From: Zygnema circumcarinatum SAG 698-1b
Taxonomy: Eukaryota; Plantae; Zygnematophyceae
Length of the DNA: 64,000 nucleotides
NCBI GenBank assembly: GCA_037447605.1
Contig: CM074813.1
Location: 1-64,000 of the forward strand
Direction of reading: 5' to 3'
Shown: piece after piece, positions 11,712-21,891 of the stretch
How the letters are laid out: every line of letters begins with the position of its first letter
How positions within the stretch are numbered: the first letter of the stretch is position 1
Notes under the pieces: model-generated
Seen by the model: only the letters and a program-made list of their open reading frames with translations
Database searches by the model: none
Told to the model about the DNA's origin: nothing
Position numbers and translations under genes: made by a program

Positions 11712-12367
11712 TGTAACACCCTGCCCCCTGGCAGGCTGCTCTGAGAGTCTAAGTGTCAGGAGAGGAAGAGAGAGAGAAAAGAGCGTGAGCTCAATGCTGG
11801 TACAAAGAGCTCGGATGGCCTCCCATCCGGGCGCAGCCCCCTTAAGCTCCCCCCTTCGAACCCCCTACCAGCATGGAGGACGGGGCGGGACTGCTTAATC
11901 GAGCCGCCCGGCGTGGCGTGTGATCCTTAGCCGAGTTATGGGCTGAGGACAACCGATGGTCTCGCCCATCATCTCCCGGGAGGCAGCGTCGCGTCGCAGC
12001 GGCGCGCCGTCGTCACCGGCGGCTGCTGCGGCCTAAGTCGGCCAGTGGGGCACAGCCGACCCGTCGTCGTACGGGCCGTGCCTAATCAAAAGATGCGCGC
12101 GCATCTGCGTGGAGTGCCCGTCGCGGCCATCTTGGCGGCGGCTGAATCTCCGGGCGGCGGGATCCGCTCGTCGGTGCGTCCGTACATGCATGCAGGGGCG
12201 ACCCGATCACGATCAAAGAGATCCTTTGCCGCCACAGGATCGAGGCCCAAGACACTCCTGCGGTCTTGGCGGCGTCCTAACTTTCTATCCGTAGAAGCGA
12301 GATGAAGGGATGATCATAGTATCACTATGAGTACGCCTCCAGGGTCACGCTGTAGCGTTACGCTACA
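11712..12367 (-). repeat. 3' LTR of family A minus-strand copy (656 bp), PPT at 12368-12379
   Basis: The minus strand reads AGGGGGGAGTAA|TGTAGCGTAACGCTACA ... GGTGTTACA. Confidence 0.85.
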
Positions 12368-12401
12368 TTACTCCCCCCTGTGAGTACGTGAACGCCCTCG
12401 T

Positions 12402-13967
12402 TCACTGGGGAAAAGTAATCTTGGCAGCCCGCAGTTTAAGAGGTATTCGTCTCTGTCTGCGGGGTGTACGGGAGGGCTCAGCGTTAATCCCGGTCAAGTC
12501 CCTTTCCGAGTAGCGCGTGGACGGTTCGGGAACCCCCCTAGCCGCCCTCGCCCGCTCACCAGCGGTCTGCGCCTCCCAGTACAATCTCAGGAGCTCCTTG
12601 CAATTTGTCAGATTGCTCTCACGTTCCCACGTGCTATGTTCAACCCCATAGCCCAACCATTTCACGAGATATTCGTGGCGGGAAGTCTGACCTCTACTCA
12701 CAGTCCTGTGGGTTTGGATGGTCTCTACCTCATACTCGAGGTCACCCTCAACTTCCACTGGAGGGGGAGGTGGTTGGACTCTCCCATCGCTGCGGTATGC
12801 CTTAAGAAGACCCACGTGAAAGACCGGATGCACTTTCATATGAGCCGGTAAAGCCAACCGGTAAGCGACCTCACCGATTCGCTTCACGACCGAAAAAGGT
12901 CCCATGAAGCGAGGCCACAACTTACGGGTTCCGCCGTAAGTCTTCAGGCGCAAGTTCGACGTGCTCAGCAGTACCTGATCGCCTACAGCGAAGGTTAATG
13001 CAGCACGACGACGATCAGCATAGGCTTTCTGCCGCGACTGGGCTGCTAACAGGGTCTGCCTTGCCCTCTGTAACGCCTCGGACATTTTCCGAGTGAAAGC
13101 ACTAACGGCGGGAGGTTGACTCCCGCCAGCTCCTCTCATGCCCCAAGGATCTGGGAGCCTGTGAACATCCATGTTCCACACATTTGGCTGCTGATCTCTT
13201 GGCTGCAGGGGATTTAGAGGATGCTGACCAAAGTTTAAGAAGAAGGGAGTGGTACCGATTGATTCCTGGAATGCATTATTAATGGCATACTCAGCCACCG
13301 GGAGCAGTTCATCCCATCCATCCGGGATGGGTCCCACATAATGTCTCAAATAGTCTTCCAGAATCCGGTTCACCCGCTCAGTTTGGCCATCCGTCTGAGG
13401 GTGGAAGGCTGTACTCATAGCCTGCTTCGTCCCGATAATCCGGAGGATTTCTTTCCAGAAATGGCCGGTGAATCGGGTATCACGATCTGAGATGATCTCA
13501 GATTGAAGTCCATGCTGACTCCAGACCTTGTCAACATATAGCCGTGCTATTTCGTCGGCACCCGCCGTCTTAGCAGTGGCTGCAAAATGCACCATTTTGC
13601 TCAGGCGGTCGACAAACACGAGGATGGAGTCAAAACCCCGAGCTATCACAGGTAAATCTATGATCAAATCCATACCCACACTCTCCCACTTCCGATAAGG
13701 AGGGGCGAGGGGCTGGAGCAAGCCAGGCACAGGTCCCGTGCGAGGCTTATCCCGCTGACAAGTTGGGCATGCGAGTACATACGCCTCCACGTCCGCTGTA
13801 ATTCCGGGCCACCAGAATTCTCGGAGCAGTGCTTCACGGGTTTTGGCAACTCCCATATGGCCCCTGTACGGAGGATCGTGCATCTCACTCAGTATGAGCT
13901 GCCGTACAGATCCAGCCTTGGGTACGACTAACTGCTTATCGTGGTACCAAAAACCGTCCCGAAGCAC
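12402..13967 (-). CDS. pol: Family A integrase with zinc-binding HHCC, DDE core, GPY/F and chromodomain (intact ORF)
   Basis: HDPPYRGH...CPTC. MDLI...VDRLSK...SDRD...HPQTDGQTERVNR. RFMGPFSV. EYEVETI...YLVKWLGYGVEHSTWE. Confidence 0.95.
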   Translation of the reverse strand: MLRDGFWYHDKQLVVPKAGSVRQLILSEMHDPPYRGHMGVAKTREALLREFWWPGITADVEAYVLACPTCQRDKPRTGPVPGLLQPLAPPYRKWESVGMDLIIDLPVIARGFDSILVFVDRLSKMVHFAATAKTAGADEIARLYVDKVWSQHGLQSEIISDRDTRFTGHFWKEILRIIGTKQAMSTAFHPQTDGQTERVNRILEDYLRHYVGPIPDGWDELLPVAEYAINNAFQESIGTTPFFLNFGQHPLNPLQPRDQQPNVWNMDVHRLPDPWGMRGAGGSQPPAVSAFTRKMSEALQRARQTLLAAQSRQKAYADRRRAALTFAVGDQVLLSTSNLRLKTYGGTRKLWPRFMGPFSVVKRIGEVAYRLALPAHMKVHPVFHVGLLKAYRSDGRVQPPPPPVEVEGDLEYEVETIQTHRTVSRGQTSRHEYLVKWLGYGVEHSTWERESNLTNCKELLRLYWEAQTAGERARAARGVPEPSTRYSERDLTGINAEPSRTPRRQRRIPLKLRAAKITFPQ

Positions 13968-15409
13968 GAGCTTGTTCTTATAGCCATTGCCTTGGCGTCG
14001 GGAACAAAGGGATCACCCGATTGTACCCCTCACGGATCTCATCACCATGCGAAATCGAGGAGAGGAAGCGGGGAGGGTTGAAGGCTGGCGTCGGTGGAGG
14101 GTTTATGACAAAACATCTTTGGAGATATGGCAGCTGGGTTGGCGACGCCGTCTCCACCATCTGCATTACCACCAACACTTTCGAGTCGGCCTTGGCGCAC
14201 CATCGAGGCTAGATGAATGGGTGCTTTTGCTTTCGATGGGTCCGCTTCATTCAGCCTCCGGGCACACGTATACCCGCTGCGTCGAACCGTTGGAGAACTC
14301 AGACGGCGTGCCTGCCGCCTGAAAGAGTGGCGAGAGGTGGAGAGGAACGTCAGTGGACGGTGGTCCGTGACCAGCGTGACTGCCACCGCCCCCTCCAAAT
14401 AGCAACGCCATGTCCTCAGGGCGTGAACCACAGCCAAGAGCTCTTGCTCTGTGGCGGAGTAGTTTCGCTCAGCTGGGTTCATCTTGCGACTTTCAGTAAG
14501 CAAGAGGTTGGTCGTCTTGGAACAAGACCGCACCCAAAGCGAACCCCGAAGCGTCACATACCACTTCATATGGCAACCGCGGATCAGCCAACCTCAACGT
14601 AGGTGCTGTCACAAGCGCATGTCTCACACCATCAAATGCCGTCTGGCACTCTGGTGTCCATGCATACGCGACACCGGAACGTGTCAAATTGGTAAGAGGT
14701 GTTACCAACTTACTAAAGCCTTGGATAAACTTACGAAAATAATTCGCAAATCCAAGAAAAGACCGCAACTGATGAAGATCAGCCGGTACAGCCCATGTCT
14801 TTACAGCAGACACCTTGGCTGGATCAGGTTTCAGTCCCTGATCGTTCAAGATATGCCCAAGATACAACAACTCTCGTTGCATGAAGTTACACTTCTTTCG
14901 CTTGGCATAAAACGTGTGTTTTCGCAACACCTCGAACACTTTGCGTACATGCACAAGATGTTCAGCGTCCGTCTTGCTGAATACCAGGATATCATCCAGG
15001 TAGACAAGGACAAACTCATCCATGCCGACGAACATTTCGTTCATCACAGCTTGGAATGTAGCCGGAGCGTTGGTCAGTCCAAAAGGTAGCACCTTGTATT
15101 GGAAGTGACCAATTGGCGTCGAAATGCGTCTTAGGAACATCCGGCATCCGTGACGCACGGATGCGATGGTACCCTAGCGCAGGTCGGCGAGGTGAACACC
15201 TTACGCCCCGCTGCGAGGAGACGGTCGAGAGGAGTCCATCTATCGCGGTAAAGCAAACACGATTTCGCTGCGGAAGTGATCTTGTCGAGTGCTCGATGTC
15301 GTGCATTAGCAAAGACCATCCCTTCTTACCAGCGAAGAGGATGGGAGCCCCCGAAAGGGACTCTGGTGGGCTCAATCAGCCCTTCTCCGCGTCAGGTTAG
15401 CGAGTTGCT
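13968..15409 (-). pseudogene. pol: Family A RT and RNase H, frameshifted or error-dense
   Basis: FQYKVLPFGLTNAPATFQ...VYLDDILVFS (YLDD). CDASGFALGAVL. NYSATEQELLAVVHALRTWRCYL...TDH. Confidence 0.9.
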
Positions 15410-16693
15410 TTAGCATATCCCTCCGGTCTCGGGACTAAGCCTATAAGATAGGCACGCCAAGAGGTTTCTGATACGGCTCAAGGGGGTATGGTACACTTTA
15501 CCCCTCTTGGTAGGCCGACCCTTAGCGAATCGATGCGGGAATACATCCTCAAACGCTTTCAACAAGGGTTGAAACACAGTTGGGACAGTTGGCATTGTTT
15601 CACCCGCAGTGGGTTGCCACTCCTGGTCCCCGTCATGAGCGTCCTCGGTTGCCGTCATGACTTGCACCATAAACAAGATGCTACTCGTTTTTAGTGCTCT
15701 GCCCAATTGCATGGCGGAGCACAGAAACGACAAAGATGACCGCGACGAGGCTGGTCCCGAAGGAGTGCCTGGTTGCAGAGTCATGCGTCTTCCTTCACTG
15801 CGGAGGACGCAATTAGGGACAACAAAATCTAACTGAGCGCCCATAAGCGTCAGCCATTTGCTCCCCAAGATCAAGTCTGTTCCTGGGGCTAATAACGTCA
15901 ACAAGCAGTTGACCACCCCGGAGTAAGACTGAATCTTCAATTTCACGCTGACGCTACCAGAAATCTGGCCCGTGCGTCCATCCCCGAAAGTTACACTATC
16001 GGAATGAGGCTGGACTGCAAACCCCGCAGTCCTGACAAAGGCTGCGCTAACAAAGTTAGCGTCCGCGCCAGTGTCCAGCAAAACCACTGCTGAGTGTCCA
16101 TCGGCCGAACCCTGGAAGGTCATAGCACGATGAGACAAGTGGAAAATGGACCGTAGCACATTCGGTGCGTGGGGGCGCGCTAACCGCCACACAAGGGGAT
16201 GAGGAGACTTCCCCAGCACAGTGGTAGAAGCTCCAATCACCCACCTAAGAAGGGAGAAGCCCTTCTTCCAAAGCTTTACCACTTTCCACTCAGTCTGTGG
16301 ATAAGCCTTCACTGCCACGTGTTGTGGGAGCAGTACTCGTAAACTGAGTACATGGTCTTTCGACCGCAGCAAGCGCAAGGCATCAAATGCACATTGCACT
16401 AAGGCATCACTGCCCATGGCATTCAAGATGATGACATGCCATTCTTTCATCAAGACAGCATTCGGAAATGCTGTTGGAGTCACAAGCATAGCAGGTGGCA
16501 ATGAATAATCAGCAGGGAATGCATCGCACACAAACAACAGATTCCCGCTGAAAACTCCCCCAATCACTTTAAGAATGTCATCCGCCCTTGGAATACAACA
16601 TTCTACACTAGTGATGGCAGCTAATGCGCTGCCCCCCCTACTGTCAAGCCCACCAGCAGAGACCCCTAAGCTGCCGGTGGGGAGCCGTTTTCC
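15410..16693 (-). CDS. pol: Family A pol N-terminus and protease, in the -1 frame relative to gag
   Basis: [12 protein letters not shown]. The frame is open upstream through the gag stop to a TAG at about 16713. Confidence 0.85.
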   Translation of the reverse strand, partial: GKRLPTGSLGVSAGGLDSRGGSALAAITSVECCIPRADDILKVIGGVFSGNLLFVCDAFPADYSLPPAMLVTPTAFPNAVLMKEWHVIILNAMGSDALVQCAFDALRLLRSKDHVLSLRVLLPQHVAVKAYPQTEWKVVKLWKKGFSLLRWVIGASTTVLGKSPHPLVWRLARPHAPNVLRSIFHLSHRAMTFQGSADGHSAVVLLDTGADANFVSAAFVRTAGFAVQPHSDSVTFGDGRTGQISGSVSVKLKIQSYSGVVNCLLTLLAPGTDLILGSKWLTLMGAQLDFVVPNCVLRSEGRRMTLQPGTPSGPASSRSSLSFLCSAMQLGRALKTSSILFMVQVMTATEDAHDGDQEWQPTAGETMPTVPTVFQPLLKAFEDVFPHRFAKGRPTKRGKVYHTPLSRIRNLLACLSYRLSPETGGIC

Positions 16694-17117
16694 GCCGGCC
16701 CTTTCCCCTTCCTATCCTTCTTGAAAGATGGGCAGTCATAAGACCTATGCCCCACTTTCCTGCAACGGAAACACTTGTTTTCCGCGCGCAAAGCCTCCAT
16801 CTCCTGTGGAGCAAGTTTCTGCGGCTGTGGCCGTTGGTGCTGCTGCTGGTGAGAGGAAGGAAATTTCCTCTTGCCATTTCCCTTAGGTCGGCCGCCTGGC
16901 GCACCAGTTTTGCGCGGCTGTTCGACCGTGTCCGCACGCGGCGGACGGGAAGGCCCTGCACCATCTGTAGGCGCAACGTCAGTTTGGACTGCAGCTGCAA
17001 ACATCAGCTCATCATCCATAGGTCCCCAAGGTTCCAAGGTACGAGGATTCAGCCGAAGCTGTTTCCGAACGTACGGCTTCAATCCATGGCTGAACCGGAA
17101 GAAGAATTCTTCGGGTC
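16666..17117 (-). CDS. gag: Family A gag C-terminus with CCHC zinc knuckle, cut by an N-gap
   Basis: CFRCRKVGHRSYDC, stop at 16666. Confidence 0.9.
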
Positions 17118-17127
17118 NNNNNNNNNN

Positions 17128-20100
17128 ACTTTGCTACGTGTCAGCTGTACTTATCTGTTGGCGGGACAGACTGCTCCTTCCCCATCATCCTCGAGTCCCT
17201 TGCCACCTCCGCCTTCCCCAAACGCCACGCCACGGCGCAGGTCTCCTACCCAGAGATCACCATGTACCATGCGGTCGGCAGCCTCCATTCTTCCTATGGA
17301 TCGGCCAATTCTAATACCGATGGTGAGACTTCCCCTCCTGCTCCCCCGAATCCAGCCCTCTATGCGCCGACGGAGGAACTTTGGCCGCCGGTGCTCGCTG
17401 CACCCAGCTTCCCCGCCCACGAGATCATCAGTGATGAAGAGTGGCTGGAGATAGAGGGTCAGATGCGATTGGGGCCAGCAGTACTCTCAGACCCGATCAA
17501 GCATTCTCAACTACGCCAAGTGCTGCGCCGAAATCACCTAGTTTTCGCACGACAACCACTCGACATCGGCAAGACCCACCTGATTGAGCACCATATCGAT
17601 ACGGGGGATGCACCTCCCGTGATGACCATGACTCCCTACCGCTTTTCCGCCGCTCAGCAGGCCGATGTCGAACGACAGATCGACGAGAACGTGGCAGCCG
17701 GCTTGATGGAACCCGGAGAAGGGCCTTGGGCCAGCCCGGCCGTTCTCCCCCCAAAGCCGGATGGCACACCCTCGCCTCGCTGTGACTATCGAAAAACCTA
17801 ATGCCATATAACGGCTGATCCTTATAATGCTACCGACGACCTATTCTCCACGGCGCTCTAAGGACCGATGGTTCTCTACCGACATGTGTCCTTTTGGTGC
17901 ATCCCCATGACAAAATGACGGGCCAGAAGATGGCACACGCCCACGCTGCGGCAGCTGGACGGTGCTTCCCTTTTGCTCACAGAATTCCCAGCCCAGACCT
18001 CACCTCAAAATTGCTCCCTGCCAACCAGGTGTTCGCCCTCTCGTGCCTTCTCATGAACCTTACGCTGATGATGCTTCCTCCACGTTAGCGACTGTCCTCC
18101 CACCCCAACACATTGACCAAGTCCTTCAACAGCTCATCAGTGCGCGTCTGAAGATTGCACCCAAGAAGTGCAAATGGGGCCACCAAGAGATCACTCATCT
18201 CGGGCACCGCCTCGGCATCAATGGCCTAAAACCATCACTCGACAAAATTGAAGCGATTGACCTTATGCCCATTCCACAGAACCTCACTCAGCTCAAGTCT
18301 TTCTTGGGACTCACCTCATTCTATCGCCGGTTCATCAAGGGCTATGCCCTTATCGCGCGTCCCCTACATGCCTTGGAGAAGCACGGAGTCCACTACGAAT
18401 GGAGCCGAGCGCAGGATCTGGCCTTCCGGCGCTCAAGAGTGCCCTTCTTCGTGCTCCTTGTCCGCATTCACCACCCACCGCCCACCATTATCGACGCCGG
18501 ACCGAGTCAGACAGTTTGGGGTCGTGGCCAGTCAAGCATTCTGGATGGGGAACACCCGTCAGTTATGCTAGCAGGGTTTGTTCAGAAACCGAGACCAAGT
18601 ACAGCCCTACTGAGGGTGAGGCCGCGGCTATCCTCTGGGCACTCGAGAAGTTCAAGCTCTTCACGGCCTACCAGCCCATTATCATTAGGACTGACCACAT
18701 GCCACTCACTTGGCTGCACATCATGGCTACCCTACGACCTTAGTTTGCACGATGGGTGATGAAGTTGGAGGAGTATAATGTACTTAAGGTCACTCACCGT
18801 CCCGGCCGTAGTCACGGCAATGCTGACGGCCTCAGTCGCAATCCCTCGGCTCCCCTCCTCTGTCACGATCCGGCCGTTCCTGAACCCATCCCTCCACCCA
18901 CCCTCTTGAACCCTGAGCACCTTCCCATTGAGATTTTCATTGCAGATCAAGACTTACATGATGTCATATTCGCGGATGGGCTGATCGATATTCCGGCCAC
19001 GGCCACCACCCTCCATCGCTGGCAGGACCCTGACTTCACCCACGGCCACCCCCATGCAGATCCGTGGGAACTCCTCAGGGATGACGATGGCGAAGCTCCC
19101 TTTCTTCCTCCCCATTTCCCCAGCCAATGACGCCCATTCCACTCTCCCCTTCACAAGTACGCCATGACCCGCATATTGCCCCTTTTTGTCACGGTAACAC
19201 CGAGGGCTCGGGTTGTTCCGCCAAGGCCGGCACTTTCCTGCTGATGATGAAGGATGCATTCTCTGCCCTCCGCCTTCCCCTGCTCTTTCCCCAACAAACG
19301 CATGAGATCCCCGGATGTCGCCCCACGATTCCCGGGCGGATTCCACCTGGGCCAAGAAGCGGTCGCCTGGCCGCGAAGAGCGCTATTATTGGCCCGCTCT
19401 CCATGGCGCCGTGAGCCGCTATATCGAAACCTCGCATCTGCTGCTAACGCTGCAAGCGCATCTGCCTTCCCCGACCGCCAACCCTCGGAGATGGGTGAGA
19501 TCCCCATACGAGGCGTCGCCGAAGATTGGAACATTGACACCTTTTCTATCCCCCAGCTCGGCACCCCCTCTGGCTACATTCGGGTCTTCCTAGCCGTGGA
19601 CAGATACACCAAGTGGGTGGAAGTTCATGCGACAGAATCTAAGCATTCCATACACTCTGCTCGCCTCCTGACGGCCATCATTCACCGCCACTCTCTCCCC
19701 TACTCTGTCCACTCTGACAATGGCACCAAATACAAGGGGGCATTTGCCAAGCTCATGCAAGACTTCCGCATCATTCACCACACCTCTAGCCCCTACTCCC
19801 CCTGGCATAATGGGCTTGCAGAACGCACTCATACAGCATCGTCAGGATGCGGGCACCAAGGCCGCTGAGCCGGGAGGCGGACGCCGCAGGTCATCCCTCC
19901 CCGGTTCACGCACAACACCTTCCGCTCACTCCTCCACCGCTTCTCCCCACGAAGCCTCTATGGCCGTAAGCCCCGTGATTCCCTTTGACCTCCTCTCGCT
20001 GAAGCCCCTTCTTTCCACGCATGACGCCAGCCCCCGGATCGTGTCGCTTCAGCCAGCCTCGCCTCCGCTTCCAAACTTAGACTTCCATGGCTCACCACCA

Positions 20101-20300
20101 ACGCCAAGACAGCGGTATAACTCACCGACTGAGGCGCCGACGCGCCGCTTCTCCCGCCTAATCAGTCGCGCCATCGCCACCATTTGGCTCGTGAATCTCG
20201 CCTAAACCGACTCAACGGCTTTTCCGTGGTTGGGCCCCTTCATTTGTGCCGGTCCGTCGAGATCCTGTGCTGGGGCCATCATTTCGAGGGCTCCTCCCGA
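17128..20300 (+). pseudogene. pol: Ty3/Gypsy family B pol (RT, RNase H, integrase, GPF), frameshifted; 5' end lost at an N-gap
   Basis: DIGKTHLIEHHIDTGDAPPV..PYR. PWASPAVL. ARLKIAPKKCKWG..ITHLGH. YSPTEGEAAAILWALEKF..RTDH. AVDRYTKWVE...HSDNG...PWHNGLAER. PWLGPF. Confidence 0.9.
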
Positions 20301-20707
20301 CTCTAGTGGGAACGCCTGGCGCCGGGCGCGCTCACACCGGATCGACACATTCTCGTGCCGCCATGTCACGCCGTTCTCCCCGCCATGGCTGACCGCTAGC
20401 GACCGGCCGCCGACCTCCCTCCGCACCGCCATGACAATGCCCGCTGGTCCATTTCTAATTCCCGCCGCCAATTCTGCCCTTCCCGCCACTTTTTTGCCCC
20501 TTCGCCCACATTTCGCCGGCCGGCCGTCTCTTCCGATACGGTCCTCCCGATACTCCCCATTGCCGAATGTACGCGGCAGCTTCTCCACACGGCCACCGAC
20601 TCGCCTCCCGTCCACGTCATCATTGGCTCCTCCACTGCCCTTTGTCTCTTCTTCATTGCGCCCGCAGGGGCGTGCGCTTGTTTCCCCCCCCCGGCATGTG
20701 CTACAGA

Positions 20708-21701
20708 TGTAGCGTAACGGAGCTGCGCTCGACGGATCCGCGTCCGTTCAGTTGTACTTGACATATTCATATTCAGTGTCACGGACCGGCATAATCCAGG
20801 AGTTGCCGACGGAAAACGCGGTGAAGCGGCGCCACGCGCTATGCCTAATGAATCCAAGACACCATCCAAAGAAGGCGCACTGAACACCGCCAAGGCCGCC
20901 GACATCATTCGCTGACTCCATCCAAAGGCCTAATGAGGTCGGCCAGGCCTCTCGCGGGCGGTTGGCTAATCGTGGCCTCGCCAATCGCTAAGGCTCAAGA
21001 TCTATTGTCGGGCACTCCGTGATGGGATGTCATGATGCTTGTTTATGAAGTCGGGCTTAGTATTTGTATTTGCCGGTGGTTTGCTTTTTCGTCTTGTTCT
21101 TCTTTTCTTCCTCTTCGCCCAAAAGCAATGCATGCTAAGTGAGAGAGAGAGAGAGAGTTCCATGCCATAGATAGAGAGAGAGAGAGAGAGAAAGAGTCTT
21201 CTTGCCGCATAGCATTTAGACGCCCCATCGAGCCCAGCGAGACAGAGATCTGAGAGAGAAGATACTTTCAGTGTAGTGACATTCCCCAGCCAACCGCTGG
21301 CTAGGTGACTTCTTCAAAATACAACCTTATCTAAGTTGAGTCCGCTTTGCCGTCACAATGCCAAGCTACCATCTTGTTCTATCCTGCCTCACATTCCTCC
21401 CAATGACCAATGATAACTAGAAGCCTAGCTAAGAGACTAGCCGAGGAGAGGACACAAAGGGAGTGAGAGCCCAAGGAAGGGCTCTTGCTCATCGAGTCCA
21501 CCGTGGGAACATCTTCGATCCCTACGCTGGGCCAAGGTATTCTGAATCTCCGATCCTCGCTCTATGCCGGCAGTGCACTCCACAAAGACCAACCCAACCC
21601 TTCATCGCTTCAAGCATTTAATGCCGCTGAAAGTGGCCGTGACAAAGACTGCAGAATTCAGCTCTCGCTAGCTCTTTCAACCCCACTTATCTTGTGCTAC
21701 A
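20708..21701 (+). repeat. 3' LTR of family B (994 bp)
   Basis: TGTAGCGTAACGGAGCTGCG ... CCCCACTTATCTTGTGCTACA. Both termini match the two ends of the 41001-42680 copy. Confidence 0.8.
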
Positions 21702-21712
21702 CTGCCCATAGG

Positions 21713-21886
21713 AGTTCGCGCCAGCAGCCATGCGGCTCCGTACAGAGAGAAACAGTACGGCCGCAGGCCAGACTAACATAATACCGCCTGCCTATTGTTA
21801 GCACGGACTTCCTTATATTTGCAAATTCCAAGATTCTCACCCAATATTTGCCAAAACCATGGCGAAAATATTAGGGTGAGCTACTG
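21713..21886. mobile_element. MITE X, right part
   Basis: Ends AATATTAGGGTGAGCTACTG|TA, an imperfect inverted match to 313-340. Homologous to the reverse complement of 22678-22745. Confidence 0.65.
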
Positions 21887-21891
21887 TATTA

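Larger units (their letters stand above)
587..21704. mobile_element. 21.1-kb composite insertion with 26-bp perfect TIR and 8-bp TSD (hAT-like signature, no transposase seen)
   Basis: 587-612 CAGTGTAGCACAAGATAAGTGGGGTT is the exact reverse complement of 21679-21704. CCCATAGG occurs at 579-586 and 21705-21712. A paralogous empty site has a single 8-mer (CCTATTGG, 22745-22752). Confidence 0.7.

Noticed and set aside
587-21704. DIRS/tyrosine-recombinase element or autonomous hAT as the explanation of the inverted termini
   Set aside because: The integrases present are DDE type; no tyrosine recombinase or hAT transposase motifs are visible in any ORF.
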